64,000 nucleotides of DNA from the NCBI GenBank assembly GCA_050250435.1, contig JBFWOR010000005.1, positions 50,401 to 114,400 on the forward strand, read 5' to 3'. A model generated the notes under the pieces. The model saw only the letters and a program-made list of their open reading frames with translations. It searched no databases and was not told the DNA's origin. How positions within the stretch are numbered: position 1 is the first letter of the stretch; each line of letters starts with the position of its first letter. Shown piece after piece: positions 47,847-58,224 of the stretch. Both the position numbers and the translations under genes were made by a program. The stretch comes from Pirellulales bacterium. GTDB taxonomy: Bacteria; Planctomycetota; Planctomycetia; Pirellulales; PALSA-1355.

Positions 47847-48659
47847 ATGCGCATCATTCGATATCAGGATTCTCAGGGCCAGATCAAGTTCGCCGCGCAA
47901 CAGCCCGACGGCTCCGCGCGCGAGCTGGCCGGCGACATTTATGCCGCACCCACGTTGACCGACCGACTGGCCGACGTGAAGAAACTGCTCGCGCCCGTTG
48001 CGCCGACCGGCATCTTGTGCATCGGCCTGAACTACCGGCGCCACGCGGCGGAAGGCAACGCGCCCATCCCCAAGTGGCCGGTGCTGTTCATGAAGACCGT
48101 CAGCGCGGTGCAGAACCCGGGCGACCCGGTGGTGTTGCCGCGCCGGCTGGAGAGCAAGCAGGTGGACTACGAGTGCGAGCTGGCGGTGGTGATGGGCAAG
48201 CGTGCCAAGAATGTGCCGCGCGAGCGAGCCCTGGAATACGTGTTGGGCTACACCTGCGGCAACGACATCAGTGCGCGCGACTGGCAGAAGGAATTCGGCG
48301 GCAGCCAATGGTGCCGCGGCAAAACGTTCGACACGTTCTGCCCGTTGGGCCCGTGCCTGGTCACGGGCGACGAAATCGCCAACCCCAATGCGCTGGCGAT
48401 CAAGACGGAATTAAACGGGCAGGTGATGCAGGACTGGAACACCAACGACATGATTTTCGACGTCCCGGCGCTGATCGAGTTTTTGTCCGGCAGCACGACA
48501 CTGTTGCCCGGCACGGTCATCCTGACCGGCACACCGCATGGAGTGGGCATGGCTCGCAAGCCGCCGGTGTGGCTGCAGCCCGGCGACCGGCTGGTCGTCG
48601 AGATTGAGCGCATTGGCCGGCTGGAAAACCCGGTGGTTGAGGAATCGTTGTCGGGCTAA
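47847..48659 (+). CDS. Fumarylacetoacetate hydrolase family protein
   Basis: CIGLNYRRH, VDYECELAVVMG, GNDISARDWQ, GKTFDTFCPLGP, ILTGTP.GVG. Confidence 0.95.
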   Translation: MRIIRYQDSQGQIKFAAQQPDGSARELAGDIYAAPTLTDRLADVKKLLAPVAPTGILCIGLNYRRHAAEGNAPIPKWPVLFMKTVSAVQNPGDPVVLPRRLESKQVDYECELAVVMGKRAKNVPRERALEYVLGYTCGNDISARDWQKEFGGSQWCRGKTFDTFCPLGPCLVTGDEIANPNALAIKTELNGQVMQDWNTNDMIFDVPALIEFLSGSTTLLPGTVILTGTPHGVGMARKPPVWLQPGDRLVVEIERIGRLENPVVEESLSG

Positions 48660-48958
48660 TGCGGCTCCTGAGCTGTGCGGACCGGTTGACTTGAGCGGTG
48701 GTCCGGATGGGTGTGGCTGCAGCTCGCCGCCACGGTCCCGGCACGTGGTTACTGGACTACCTGGGGCACCGACTAGAGGGTATGTTTACGGGTAGTTTTG
48801 GGCGGTGGCGAGCTGTGGGCAATCGGCGCGCCAGCGCTGGCCCGGGCTACCTGAAAAAATCTCTGACGGCGGTGCCTCGCGCGGCGTCTAACCCCCAGCG
48901 GCCGAGGCAAATCACTCCCTCCTTGCAACCACGCATGAACCAGCAGCCTCGTAGAATC

Positions 48959-50551
48959 ATGTTGCCGCGGAAGTTCGTCCGGAACTGCCGACGGTTTCTC
49001 TTCAAGAAAAAAGTGGCGGACTCCACCGGCGTGGAGATGACGGGCGGAAGCCTGTTGATGCGAACGCTAATCTTCCGCCGGATCCTGCTGCGAAACGGCA
49101 TCGGGCCCGAGCAATTCGTGGGCGTGCTGGTGCCGCCTTCGGCGGGCGGGGTGCTGGCCAATACGGCGCTGACCATGTTGCGCCGCGTGGCGGTGAACCT
49201 GAACTACACCGTCAACTCCGAGACGCTCAACGAGTGCATTGCCCAGTGCGGCATCAAGCACGTCATCACCAGCCGCAAGTTCATGGAGCGGTTCAATTTC
49301 AACTTGAACGCCAAGCTGTTGTATTTGGAAGATCTGCGCGAACAGGTCACCACGGCGGATAAGCTGCTCTCGGCACTGGCGGCGTACGGCTTGCCGGCGG
49401 CCGCGCTTGAGCGCTGGCTGGGCCTGCACAAAACGCAATGGGATGACCTGTTCACGATCATCTTCACGTCCGGCTCCACAGGCCAGCCGAAGGGTGTGAT
49501 GCTCACGCACAGCAACGTGGGCTCAAATGTCGCCTCGATCGAAGACACGCTGCGATTGGGCGAAGGGGACACGGTGTGCGGCATTCTGCCACTGTTCCAT
49601 TCCATGGGTTTTACGATTGCGCTGTGGGCCGTGCTGGGCACCGATGTCAACGGGGCCTACCACTTCAGCCCCTTGGACGCCAAGATCATTGGCGACCTGA
49701 GCCGCAAGCACCATATCACCATCCTGATTTCCACGCCCACGTTCTTGCGCTCCTACATGCGCCGCTGCACGAAGGAAGACTTTGCCAGCCTGGAGCTGGT
49801 TGTCACTGGAGCAGAAAAGCTGCCCACCGATTTGCTGGAAGCTTTCGAAGAGCGGTTTGGCGTTCGGCCCATGGAAGGCTACGGGACGACCGAACTCTCT
49901 CCCGTGGTGTCGGTCAACGTGCCGCCCAGCCGGGCGCCCGGCGGCTCGACCGCGTATGAACGCATCGGCACGGTGGGGCGGCCCATCCTGGGCGTCAGCG
50001 CGAAGATCATCGACGTGGACACCCAGGAAGACCTGGGCATCGACGAGGCGGGCATGCTGTTGATCAAAGGCCCTAACGTCATGCAGGGCTACTACAAAAA
50101 GCCCGAGCAAACCGCCAAAGTCATGCGTGACGGCTGGTACATCACGGGCGATATGGGCATGATCGACGCCCAGGGGTTCATTCACATCACCGGTCGATTG
50201 AGCCGGTTTTCCAAGATCGGCGGCGAGATGGTGCCGCACCTGCGCATCGAAGAGCTCATCGAACGAATGCTCTCGGACGACGACGAGAAGTTGTTTGCCG
50301 CCGTGACGGCCGTGCCGGATGAGCGCAAGGGCGAGCGGCTGATCGTCTTTCATCTGCCCACCGAGAAGACGCCGGCCGAGATCGTCAAACAGCTCTCCGC
50401 CGCCGGATTGCCGAACCTGTGGATCCCCGGCACGGACAGCTTCTTCGAGGTCGACGAGATTCCGGTGTTGGGCACCGGCAAGCTTGATCTGCGCGCCGTG
50501 CGAGAGATGGCGCTGGAGCGCGTGGCGGGCGGATCGGCCGTGGACCGGTAA
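48959..50551 (+). CDS. AMP-binding acyl-ACP/CoA ligase, Aas C-terminal-domain-like
   Basis: VNLNYT, FTSGSTGQPKGV, LPLFHSMG, GAEKL, EGYGTTE, WYITGD, GRLSRFSKIGGEMV, LGTGKLD. Confidence 0.9.
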   Translation: MLPRKFVRNCRRFLFKKKVADSTGVEMTGGSLLMRTLIFRRILLRNGIGPEQFVGVLVPPSAGGVLANTALTMLRRVAVNLNYTVNSETLNECIAQCGIKHVITSRKFMERFNFNLNAKLLYLEDLREQVTTADKLLSALAAYGLPAAALERWLGLHKTQWDDLFTIIFTSGSTGQPKGVMLTHSNVGSNVASIEDTLRLGEGDTVCGILPLFHSMGFTIALWAVLGTDVNGAYHFSPLDAKIIGDLSRKHHITILISTPTFLRSYMRRCTKEDFASLELVVTGAEKLPTDLLEAFEERFGVRPMEGYGTTELSPVVSVNVPPSRAPGGSTAYERIGTVGRPILGVSAKIIDVDTQEDLGIDEAGMLLIKGPNVMQGYYKKPEQTAKVMRDGWYITGDMGMIDAQGFIHITGRLSRFSKIGGEMVPHLRIEELIERMLSDDDEKLFAAVTAVPDERKGERLIVFHLPTEKTPAEIVKQLSAAGLPNLWIPGTDSFFEVDEIPVLGTGKLDLRAVREMALERVAGGSAVDR

Positions 50552-50559
50552 GCGGAGCG

Positions 50560-51492
50560 TTAGCGCCGCTCGTGCGACGCCGGCTGGGCCACCGAGTCGC
50601 GGGCCGCCGAGGCCGCTTCAATACCCTCGCGCTGCCGCGCTTTTTCGCCCACCGACAACGACAACTCGGCAAACCGGTCGCGCACTTGCGGTTCGAGCTT
50701 GTTGAGCCGCCGAGCGAGGCGGCCAACGCCCAACGGATTCATCTCCGAAGTGCGCGAAATCTGCTCCAGAAACGCAGCCGTCTCGACAAAGTTGTAGTCG
50801 GCGGCCCGATTCACCAGCGGTTGCAGCGTCTTGGCCAGCACTTCCACGCCGGCGTGATCGATGTCGATGAACGTATCCATGCGGCAGGTCACGTAGTAGC
50901 GCCCGTTGGTTTCCTGCATGTAGCCGCTTTTGAGCACCAGCACGCAGCGGGCCTGCACTGGCCGCTGGAAAAGCGGGCCCTCGTAACGGCCCTGGGCGTA
51001 AATCACCTGCGTGTCGTGATCGCTGTAGCAATACTTGACGTCGCACAACGTGCCCGCGCCGTCGCTGGCGCGAAACGTGTCTTCGCCGGTCCGCTCCAAC
51101 GCGACGTTGCTGATCTTCATTACTTCCCAGATGTTGACCACGACTTCGGGATGCCGCACTAAGAACAGATACATATCCGGGTCGCATTGAATGACCTGGA
51201 CCGGCAACCGGCGAAAGATGCTGGTGTTTTCCAGCGTGGCGACGACGCGCTGCTTATCCGGCGCGTTGAGCTTGTTGACGGGGATGGAGCGAACGGCGTC
51301 TTCGCGCGCCGCGCGGCTGCTGGTAGCTTGCGTAGGCTTGCCTTCGGCCCAAGCCGTTTGGGCGCCGAGGCAGAGCACGACCATTGCCAGCCAGGCGAAA
51401 TGCGCTGGCAGCGACGGTCGCGAGTTGATTTGTAGACGAGCGCCCGTATCGCGGCGCGCGCAGGCGCACCGGATGCCTGATGGCGTTGGCAT
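50560..51492 (-). CDS. Exported hypothetical protein
   Basis: Signal-like WLAMVVLCLGAQTAWA followed by a globular alpha/beta domain. Start uncertain. Confidence 0.7.
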   Translation of the reverse strand: MPTPSGIRCACARRDTGARLQINSRPSLPAHFAWLAMVVLCLGAQTAWAEGKPTQATSSRAAREDAVRSIPVNKLNAPDKQRVVATLENTSIFRRLPVQVIQCDPDMYLFLVRHPEVVVNIWEVMKISNVALERTGEDTFRASDGAGTLCDVKYCYSDHDTQVIYAQGRYEGPLFQRPVQARCVLVLKSGYMQETNGRYYVTCRMDTFIDIDHAGVEVLAKTLQPLVNRAADYNFVETAAFLEQISRTSEMNPLGVGRLARRLNKLEPQVRDRFAELSLSVGEKARQREGIEAASAARDSVAQPASHERR

Positions 51493-51841
51493 GATCCCCC
51501 CTACCCCTGAGCCAAAACCCCCGCGTGCCGCCAGTTTGCCAAACCGTGCCAATCCACGGCTTGCTAGCGACTACTTTGGCCGATTGTGCCGACGTTAGAA
51601 GTTTTTCGGCTGAGGGAAGCGGTCGAGGCGAGCCAAACTTTTCGCCGCCGCGACGAATCGCACGCACTTGCTAGCTGATCTGACGATCGGCCAAACTCTC
51701 GGGGCCCTCGGGCCCGAAAATCGCGGGAGCAGCCGGGCCGCCGGCGCAGAGGGCGAGCCGTGTGACTGCGCATGCTGGGCAAGAATGACCGTGGGGTCGC
51801 CAGCAGGCCACGCCGCCGCCGATCGCTGGCTTGCCGCAAGA

Positions 51842-53134
51842 TTACTGACGATTCACGTCGAGCACGGTGACCCGCTGCACGCTGATGTGCTGGCGCTCGA
51901 GATCGGTCAGATAGCCGCGCTGGCCGTTGACGCCGACGTAGTGATCGACGTATGGCCGCAGATTCACGCCGGGCGCGGGCGTGACAAAGGATATGACCGC
52001 GTTGGCATTGTCGACCAACGCATACTGCGGACCGCCCACCTTTTGCGAGATCACGGGCGACAAGCGGCCCACGCCGTCGAACTGCGCCAGCGCATCGCGC
52101 GCGGCATAGCTGCCGGCCGTAGAAGCCGGGAGGGGAGCGGCCGCAGAAGTCGCCGCGGCGGCCGTTGACGTCGGATCGGCCGGTGCCTGTTTCAAGGCCT
52201 GGTGACGGCGTCGGATATCTTCGAACCGCTCGAGCTTGCCGAGCAGCACGCGGGCGTGGCCGCGCTCCACCGGAGTCTCGGCCTGATTCACGATGGCTTC
52301 CGCCCTGCGCTGCAAATCGGTGAACGTCCAGGCCGGAACGTCCTGTGCCACCATGGCGGAAAGTTCCAGCTCGAGCCGCAGCAGCTCGCTGCCAACGGCC
52401 GACGACACTGCCAGCGAGGGCTGTGCACTGGTGCCTGCCGCAGACCGGGCATGATCGCGGACACCCGCGGCTTCGGCATCGCTCTCAGAGCTGGCCAGGC
52501 GAACGCGATCGCCGGCCGCATCATCGCCGAGCGCGGTGTCTTCGCCGTGCTGGTCGTCGTGCGACGCAACGTCGGCCAGGGGCTCGCGGTCGACGTATTT
52601 GGAAAACACCCAGCGAAACTCGCCGGCCGGTGGAGCAATCTTGCACCACGGTGAGTCCTCGGGGGACTCGGCGACCAATTCCACCTGCTCGCCCTTTTCC
52701 AGCCGCACTTGAATCACTTCGCGCACGTCGCTGAAGCTGCTGCCCACGCGGGCCACGACACGATCGGAATTAACCGTGGCCAGCGCATTGCCGTCGGCAT
52801 CGAGGTGCCGCTTGGAGACCCAAGTGAAGCTCGTGCGCGGCGGGCGAATGGCCAGCCAACCACCGGGATCGTGACGATAGACTTCGACACGGGCACCGCG
52901 CGGCAATTTGTCGGTGGGATAGTAGTTGCGGCCCGGCCCGCTGCGGACGTACACGTCGTCGGTATTGACGTAGGCCGTGTAGGGAAAATCAGTCGCCGTG
53001 GCCGATCGCGCGAGGGCCAGCAAGAGCGCAGCCGCGCCAAGCCAGTGTCGCCACAGAAGTTTCGTGGTGCGACCGCTCATCTCCACCATCCGGCCGATCG
53101 TCGGCCGACGCATGCATGGACGCTCGTGGCGCAA
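51842..53134 (-). CDS. Exported protein with two SH3b-like domains
   Basis: Signal peptide, VYVRSGPGRNYYPT..L..G..VEV....GWLAIRPP...WV, second WCKIAPP..EFRWV. True start is probably 53089/53080. Confidence 0.78.
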   Translation of the reverse strand: MRHERPCMRRPTIGRMVEMSGRTTKLLWRHWLGAAALLLALARSATATDFPYTAYVNTDDVYVRSGPGRNYYPTDKLPRGARVEVYRHDPGGWLAIRPPRTSFTWVSKRHLDADGNALATVNSDRVVARVGSSFSDVREVIQVRLEKGEQVELVAESPEDSPWCKIAPPAGEFRWVFSKYVDREPLADVASHDDQHGEDTALGDDAAGDRVRLASSESDAEAAGVRDHARSAAGTSAQPSLAVSSAVGSELLRLELELSAMVAQDVPAWTFTDLQRRAEAIVNQAETPVERGHARVLLGKLERFEDIRRRHQALKQAPADPTSTAAAATSAAAPLPASTAGSYAARDALAQFDGVGRLSPVISQKVGGPQYALVDNANAVISFVTPAPGVNLRPYVDHYVGVNGQRGYLTDLERQHISVQRVTVLDVNRQ

Positions 53135-53322
53135 GCGCGACGTGCCAGGATTGCGCGGACGCGGCTAACGGCGCCGCGCAATTCGCTTGCGGCTCGTTCG
53201 AAGTGAAAAAACGAGCGGTGGCTTGTAATGCAATCGCCGCCGCCGGACAAGGGCAGTTTGACGCCGCGGCGACGCGCACGGGGAGGGAGAGACCTGTGAT
53301 CGGCTGACGGCGGCGCGGGCTG

Positions 53323-53751
53323 CTAGCTGTCCTGGTCGCGCAGCTTTTCCATCGTGACCACGTTGCCGCGCCCGCTGTATTCCACGCTGCTCATGAAGTT
53401 GCGCATGAGCATGATGCCGCGGCCGTTGGGGCAGTCGATGTGGTCCGAATCGGTGCAATCGGGCACCGACTTAGGGTTGAAGCCGGGGCCCTCGTCACTG
53501 ACTTTAAACCACACTTTCTCCGGTGTGGATTTGCAGACGACGTGGACTTGCTTGGAGGCATCCAGGCGGTTGCCGTGCTTGATGGCGTTGACCACGGCCT
53601 CTTCCAGGGCCAGGCGGATGCCGAAAATGTCGCGCGAGCTCCAGCCTTCGGCGCCGATTTTCTCCAGCAACTCTTCCAGGATCCGATGGCCGGCGGCCAA
53701 CTCGCTGGAGATGGTGCGATCGAATGTCCAGTGCACCTGGTTTTGTGGCAT
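53323..53751 (-). CDS. Anti-sigma factor Ser/Thr kinase (RsbW/SpoIIAB-like HATPase)
   Basis: LALEEAVVNAIKHGN, DEGPGF, GRGIMLM, GNVVTM. Confidence 0.92.
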   Translation of the reverse strand: MPQNQVHWTFDRTISSELAAGHRILEELLEKIGAEGWSSRDIFGIRLALEEAVVNAIKHGNRLDASKQVHVVCKSTPEKVWFKVSDEGPGFNPKSVPDCTDSDHIDCPNGRGIMLMRNFMSSVEYSGRGNVVTMEKLRDQDS

Positions 53752-53899
53752 GGCTTACCGCGTTGTCAATCCGCCAGCGCTGCTGAATTGCCGCCTGTCT
53801 ATCGGCCCGCGCCGCTGGCAGCTCAGCGGGGGCGATTTATCGTCCGCGAATTCCGCGGCACCCTTCGCGCGACGCTGAGCGCTGCGCGAGAGGGAGGTA

Positions 53900-54253
53900 T
53901 TAAAAACTTGCCAGAGCGTCTGCTTCGTCGTCTTTGATGTCGAACAGTTTGTTGAGTTTGGTGATGGCAAAGACTTCGTAGATCTCAGGGCGGATGTTGC
54001 TGAGTTTGAGCTTACCGCCATGCGCTTTGACTTTTTTGTCCAGTGTGATGAGCTTGCCGAGCGCGGCACTGGACAGGAACTCGACCGAAGAAAAATTCAA
54101 CAACAGGTGCTGGCGCTTCTCTTCTTCGATCAGCTGGAACAGCTCCTGGCCCAGTTCCTGGATATTGGCCTCGTCGAGAATCTTGCGGTCGACGAAGCGG
54201 ACGACGCTCACGTCGCCGACTTCCGAGAGTTGCAAGCGCCGGTGAACGGCCAT
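53900..54253 (-). CDS. STAS-domain anti-sigma factor antagonist
   Basis: LLNFSSVEFLSSAALGKL with phospho-Ser, GGKLKL, EVFAITKL. Confidence 0.93.
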   Translation of the reverse strand: MAVHRRLQLSEVGDVSVVRFVDRKILDEANIQELGQELFQLIEEEKRQHLLLNFSSVEFLSSAALGKLITLDKKVKAHGGKLKLSNIRPEIYEVFAITKLNKLFDIKDDEADALASF

Positions 54254-54427
54254 CAAACTGCTCCTGTTATAGGTCGCGCCCCGGGGATCTTATGACGCGC
54301 TCGAAGGGAGGCGTCTGTTTCGCGCTGGCGCCCTATACTGTAACCCATCGCGGCGCAATTGACCGCGCCAGGGCGTCACCGCCGTCGCCTCAATCACCCC
54401 AAAATATCCCGAGGCTACAAGCTTGTT

Positions 54428-54455
54428 ATCTTAACTGTGCCGCAGGTAGTGTCAA
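54428..54455 (-). promoter_or_regulatory. Putative promoter of STAS/RsbW genes
   Basis: Minus strand TTGACA-N16-TAAGAT. Confidence 0.55.
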
Positions 54456-54505
54456 GTTGAGCACGGCGCCGCGTGCATTTCTCCGCGCAATTTCCTGGCG
54501 CATTT

Positions 54506-55285
54506 TTATTCGGACACAACAACTCTGTCGCGCAACGCGCGCCGCAGGGGGTCGTCGTCGGCAGCGCAAAAGCCCGGATGGATATGCCGCCGCCATCCTT
54601 CAGCATACTCGAAGCGGCCGGACATGCGGCCCACTTCGCGCATCAATTCCTGCATCGTGTGCAGATACGAATCCATGCCCTGGCTGGTGTCGAGCCATTG
54701 TTTCTGGCTTTTGTGGCAGGCCAGCATCGTCGTTTTCTGCTCCATCACGCCGCTCACGTCAACGAACATGCCGGGCCGCACAGGATGGCCCAACGGATCG
54801 TGATTGCCGTGCGGCTGCGCGTGGTAGATCGTCACCGGCTGATCGACCGGCGGGCGTGGCGGCCGCGTGGGATAGTTCGGCATGCCGCGTGCGAACGCCG
54901 CCGTCACCGCCAGCCGGCAGGCATTCATGTGGTCTTCCATGTAGTCGCTGGGCGCGTGTACCAACAAAATTTCAGGCGCCACTTCGCGCATCACCGCGGC
55001 CAACTGAGTGAGCGTGGCGTGATCATAAAAAATCTCCAGGTCGTTCGTGAGGCTGGGGTGAAACTCCGCGCCGATGCTGTCGGCCGCTGCCAGGGCCTCG
55101 GCGGCGCGAATGCGGGCCGTTTCACTGGCGTTGGTCGCCGTCGATCCGCAACAGCCGTTGGCGATGTTCAGGTAGTGAATTTCGTAGCCGGCATCGCGCA
55201 ACTGAATCAGCGTGCCGGCCATCACGAACTCGATGTCGTCCGGATGCGCCGCCACAGCAAACGCCCGCTTCTTCTTCGATGTCAT
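54506..55285 (-). CDS. PIG-L/LmbE family deacetylase
   Basis: AHPDDIE, R..EA..AA..IG, DYMEDH, HKSQ, YAEG. Confidence 0.92.
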   Translation of the reverse strand: MTSKKKRAFAVAAHPDDIEFVMAGTLIQLRDAGYEIHYLNIANGCCGSTATNASETARIRAAEALAAADSIGAEFHPSLTNDLEIFYDHATLTQLAAVMREVAPEILLVHAPSDYMEDHMNACRLAVTAAFARGMPNYPTRPPRPPVDQPVTIYHAQPHGNHDPLGHPVRPGMFVDVSGVMEQKTTMLACHKSQKQWLDTSQGMDSYLHTMQELMREVGRMSGRFEYAEGWRRHIHPGFCAADDDPLRRALRDRVVVSE

Positions 55286-55353
55286 AGGTTCGTTCGATTC
55301 TTCGTCTTGGCCTGGTGTCGGCGTGGTCAGTTCGTCTGCGTCGCCCCTGCGCG

Positions 55354-56280
55354 TCAATGCATCTCCGCCGCGCACACACCGATGCCGCTGCGCAAGAAAT
55401 TGAATTGCACGTTGGGATGATCGGCCAACAGCGACATCGGCACGGCGCTGTCGGGCAGCCGTTTCGCGATCATCAGCGTGGTCAGGCGCTGTCCGAACGG
55501 ATTGTCGTGATTGCCGGCGTGCCAGATCGAGACTTTTTCGGCCTTCCACGTTTCGAGCGGGCCGACGCTGAAGGCCTGCGTCGGCACGCCGGTCACCACG
55601 CCGCCGCCCGACGTGCGGGCATTCTGGATCAAAGTCATGGGATGCAACTCCACCACCCGCGTGCCCAGCCGGCGATACTCGGCCGGCGAGGGTGGCTGGT
55701 CTTGATAGTCGCCCGAGCGGCGCGGCGGGTCGTTGAAGGCCCAGTGCTTCACCTCGCCCTGTCCACCTTGCATCACCACGCAACGGGCCTCGTCAAAGCT
55801 GCGCGTGTATGTCTCCAGCGGCAGACCGGGAAAGTGCAGCTGGCTGTCCGGCATGCGCAGCTCCGGCCGGATGCGATCGAAACAGAGCTCGCGGTCGGCC
55901 CGCTCGAAGCTCAGCGGAAAATCCGCCGCCACCGGACGGCCGTCGACGGCCCATTCGTCCATGCCCCAAAAATGGCAATGCCGCAAGTTTAGATTCAGCT
56001 CGTTGACCAACCGGGCCACGAGGGGCAATTGCTCCGTGGGGCCAATGGGTCCGCAAATGCCGGCCGGCCGCTGGGCCGTGGCCTGCTGCCAGGACGTGAT
56101 GTATTCCAGGGCCTCGGCCAGATAGAAGTCTGCCAGCGTATCGTAGAACTTGACGGCGAAACCTGGCCGCGACAGGCCCAACAGATCGTCCGCGGTGAGC
56201 CGCGCTGCGTCGTCGAGCAACTCGCGATCCAACGTTGTATAGTCCCACCAGTCCGGGGCCACTTTGCTCAACGGTCGCAC
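55354..56280 (-). CDS. Glucosamine-6-phosphate isomerase/deaminase (NagB-like) family protein
   Basis: GMDEW corresponds to Nag[20 protein letters not shown] to GHIGFNEP, plus [30 protein letters not shown] after AGGAGA. Confidence 0.82.
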   Translation of the reverse strand: MRPLSKVAPDWWDYTTLDRELLDDAARLTADDLLGLSRPGFAVKFYDTLADFYLAEALEYITSWQQATAQRPAGICGPIGPTEQLPLVARLVNELNLNLRHCHFWGMDEWAVDGRPVAADFPLSFERADRELCFDRIRPELRMPDSQLHFPGLPLETYTRSFDEARCVVMQGGQGEVKHWAFNDPPRRSGDYQDQPPSPAEYRRLGTRVVELHPMTLIQNARTSGGGVVTGVPTQAFSVGPLETWKAEKVSIWHAGNHDNPFGQRLTTLMIAKRLPDSAVPMSLLADHPNVQFNFLRSGIGVCAAEMH

Positions 56281-56427
56281 GCAGATTTCTCCTGGCGGGA
56301 TTGCGTTGCCGGTCGTCGCCGGCCGCTCACGCGGTCGGGTCGGCGGTCGGTTCACGTCGCCCGCCAGTCTAACAAATCGGGCACAGGCCGACAGAGTTGC
56401 AAGTTCGCCGGTGCCGCGGGAGCCCGC

Positions 56428-56457
56428 TTGCCGGCCGTGGCGCGAAACTCTTAGAAT
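56428..56457 (+). promoter_or_regulatory. Putative promoter of aldehyde dehydrogenase
   Basis: TTGCCG-N18-TAGAAT. Confidence 0.5.
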
Positions 56458-56582
56458 GCTTTGGCGGGACGGTCCACTGGAGCGGCCTCGATCTGGAAGA
56501 AGCGCCCGATTGCCGAGCCCCGCGATTCCTCAGTCCACTCACGGCGAACACACGCTTTTTCGAGCTCCCCAAGGAGGTAGCG

Positions 56583-58055
56583 ATGGCTACGATGACCAAA
56601 CCGGCCGCTGGGCCGCAAATCCGTCAGACGCAGTGTTTCATCGGCGGGCAATGGGTGCCGGCTGCCAGTGGCAAAACGTTCGAGACGGTCAATCCGGCGA
56701 CCGAAGAAGTGATCGCCAGCGTGGCGGAAGGCGACGCGGCGGACATCGATCTCGCCGTGGAGGCCGCGCGCAACGCGTTCGAGCAAGGGCCGTGGTCGAA
56801 GATGGACGCGCGCGATCGCGGCCGCCTGATGTACAAGCTGGCCGATCTGATTGAAGACGAAGCGGCGGAACTGGCGGCCCTCGAAACGCTGGACAACGGC
56901 AAGCCGATTCGCGAGTCCAAGGCGGGCGACCTGCCGCTGACGATCGACTGCCTGCGGTACTACGCCGGCTGGGCCGACAAAATTCACGGCCAGACGATCC
57001 CCATCCGCGGCGACTTCTTTTGCTATACGCGGCGCGAGCCGGTGGGCGTGGTGGGCCAGATCATTCCCTGGAATTTCCCGATGCTGATGACGGCCTGGAA
57101 ATGGGGTCCCGCCCTGGCCGCCGGCTGCACCGTTGTCATGAAACCGGCTGAACAGACGCCACTCACTTGTCTCCGTCTGGCACGGCTGGCCCAGAAGGCC
57201 GGCATTCCCGACGGCGTGATCAACGTGGTGCCCGGCTTCGGCCCCACGGCGGGTGCGGCGATCGTCAAGCATCCGGGCGTCGACAAGGTGGCCTTCACCG
57301 GCGAATACAAGACGGCGCAGATCATCATGAAGGACGCCAGCCAGACGCTGAAGCGGCTGACCTTCGAGCTGGGCGGCAAGAGCCCGAACATTATCTTTGC
57401 CGACGCCGATCTGGACGCCGCGGCCTTGGGCACGCACGTGGGCCTGTATCTGAACCAGGGCCAGTGCTGCTGCGCCGGCAGCCGCGTGTTCGTCGAAGAA
57501 AAGGTGCACGACAAGTTTGTCGACAAGCTGACGGCCATGAACAAGCAGCGCAAGGTGGGCGACCCGTTCGACCCGGCGACCGAGCAAGGCCCGCAGGTCG
57601 ATAAAGCGCAGTTCGACAAGATCATGCACTACATCGAGCTGGGCAAGAAAGAAGGGGCGCAGTGCGTCACCGGCGGCACGCGCCACGGCGACCGCGGTTA
57701 CTTCATCGAGCCCACGCTATTCACCGGCGCCAAGGACGAGATGTCGATTGCACGGGACGAGATCTTCGGCCCGGTGCTCTCGGTGTTCAAGTTCAAGGAG
57801 GTGGACGAAGTCGTCGACCGCGGCAACAAGACGTTTTATGGCCTGGCCGCCGCCGTCTGGACGCGCGACGTGGGCAAGGCCACCCGCCTGGCCACGAAGC
57901 TGCGGGCCGGCACCGTGTGGGTCAACTGCTACGACGTGTTCGACACGGCCGCGCCCTTCGGTGGTTTCAAAATGTCGGGCATGGGCCGCGAACTGGGCGA
58001 AGAGGGCCTGAAGCCGTATCTCGAGAACAAGACTGTTACGGTCAGCATGAAGTAG
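56583..58055 (+). CDS. NAD-dependent aldehyde dehydrogenase (ALDH1/2-like)
   Basis: [58 protein letters not shown]. Confidence 0.97.
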   Translation: MATMTKPAAGPQIRQTQCFIGGQWVPAASGKTFETVNPATEEVIASVAEGDAADIDLAVEAARNAFEQGPWSKMDARDRGRLMYKLADLIEDEAAELAALETLDNGKPIRESKAGDLPLTIDCLRYYAGWADKIHGQTIPIRGDFFCYTRREPVGVVGQIIPWNFPMLMTAWKWGPALAAGCTVVMKPAEQTPLTCLRLARLAQKAGIPDGVINVVPGFGPTAGAAIVKHPGVDKVAFTGEYKTAQIIMKDASQTLKRLTFELGGKSPNIIFADADLDAAALGTHVGLYLNQGQCCCAGSRVFVEEKVHDKFVDKLTAMNKQRKVGDPFDPATEQGPQVDKAQFDKIMHYIELGKKEGAQCVTGGTRHGDRGYFIEPTLFTGAKDEMSIARDEIFGPVLSVFKFKEVDEVVDRGNKTFYGLAAAVWTRDVGKATRLATKLRAGTVWVNCYDVFDTAAPFGGFKMSGMGRELGEEGLKPYLENKTVTVSMK

Positions 58056-58088
58056 GACGGCTGAGCAACTGTTATTGGGATTGATTGC

Positions 58089-58129
58089 ACCGCGCCGCAC
58101 GAAAGCATCGTGTCGGCGCGGTTTTTTTT
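58089..58129 (+). terminator. Rho-independent terminator
   Basis: ACCGCGCCG-CACGA-AAGCA-TCGTG-T-CGGCGCGGT hairpin followed by a T run of 8. Confidence 0.85.
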
Positions 58130-58224
58130 GCGCCGTCGGTACCGCGAGTTTGACGGCGCTTTCGCATCGGTCGTAAAATAAGCGGCACCTTCGGTCCATC
58201 CAGCGGAATATCGAGGCCGCTTCC

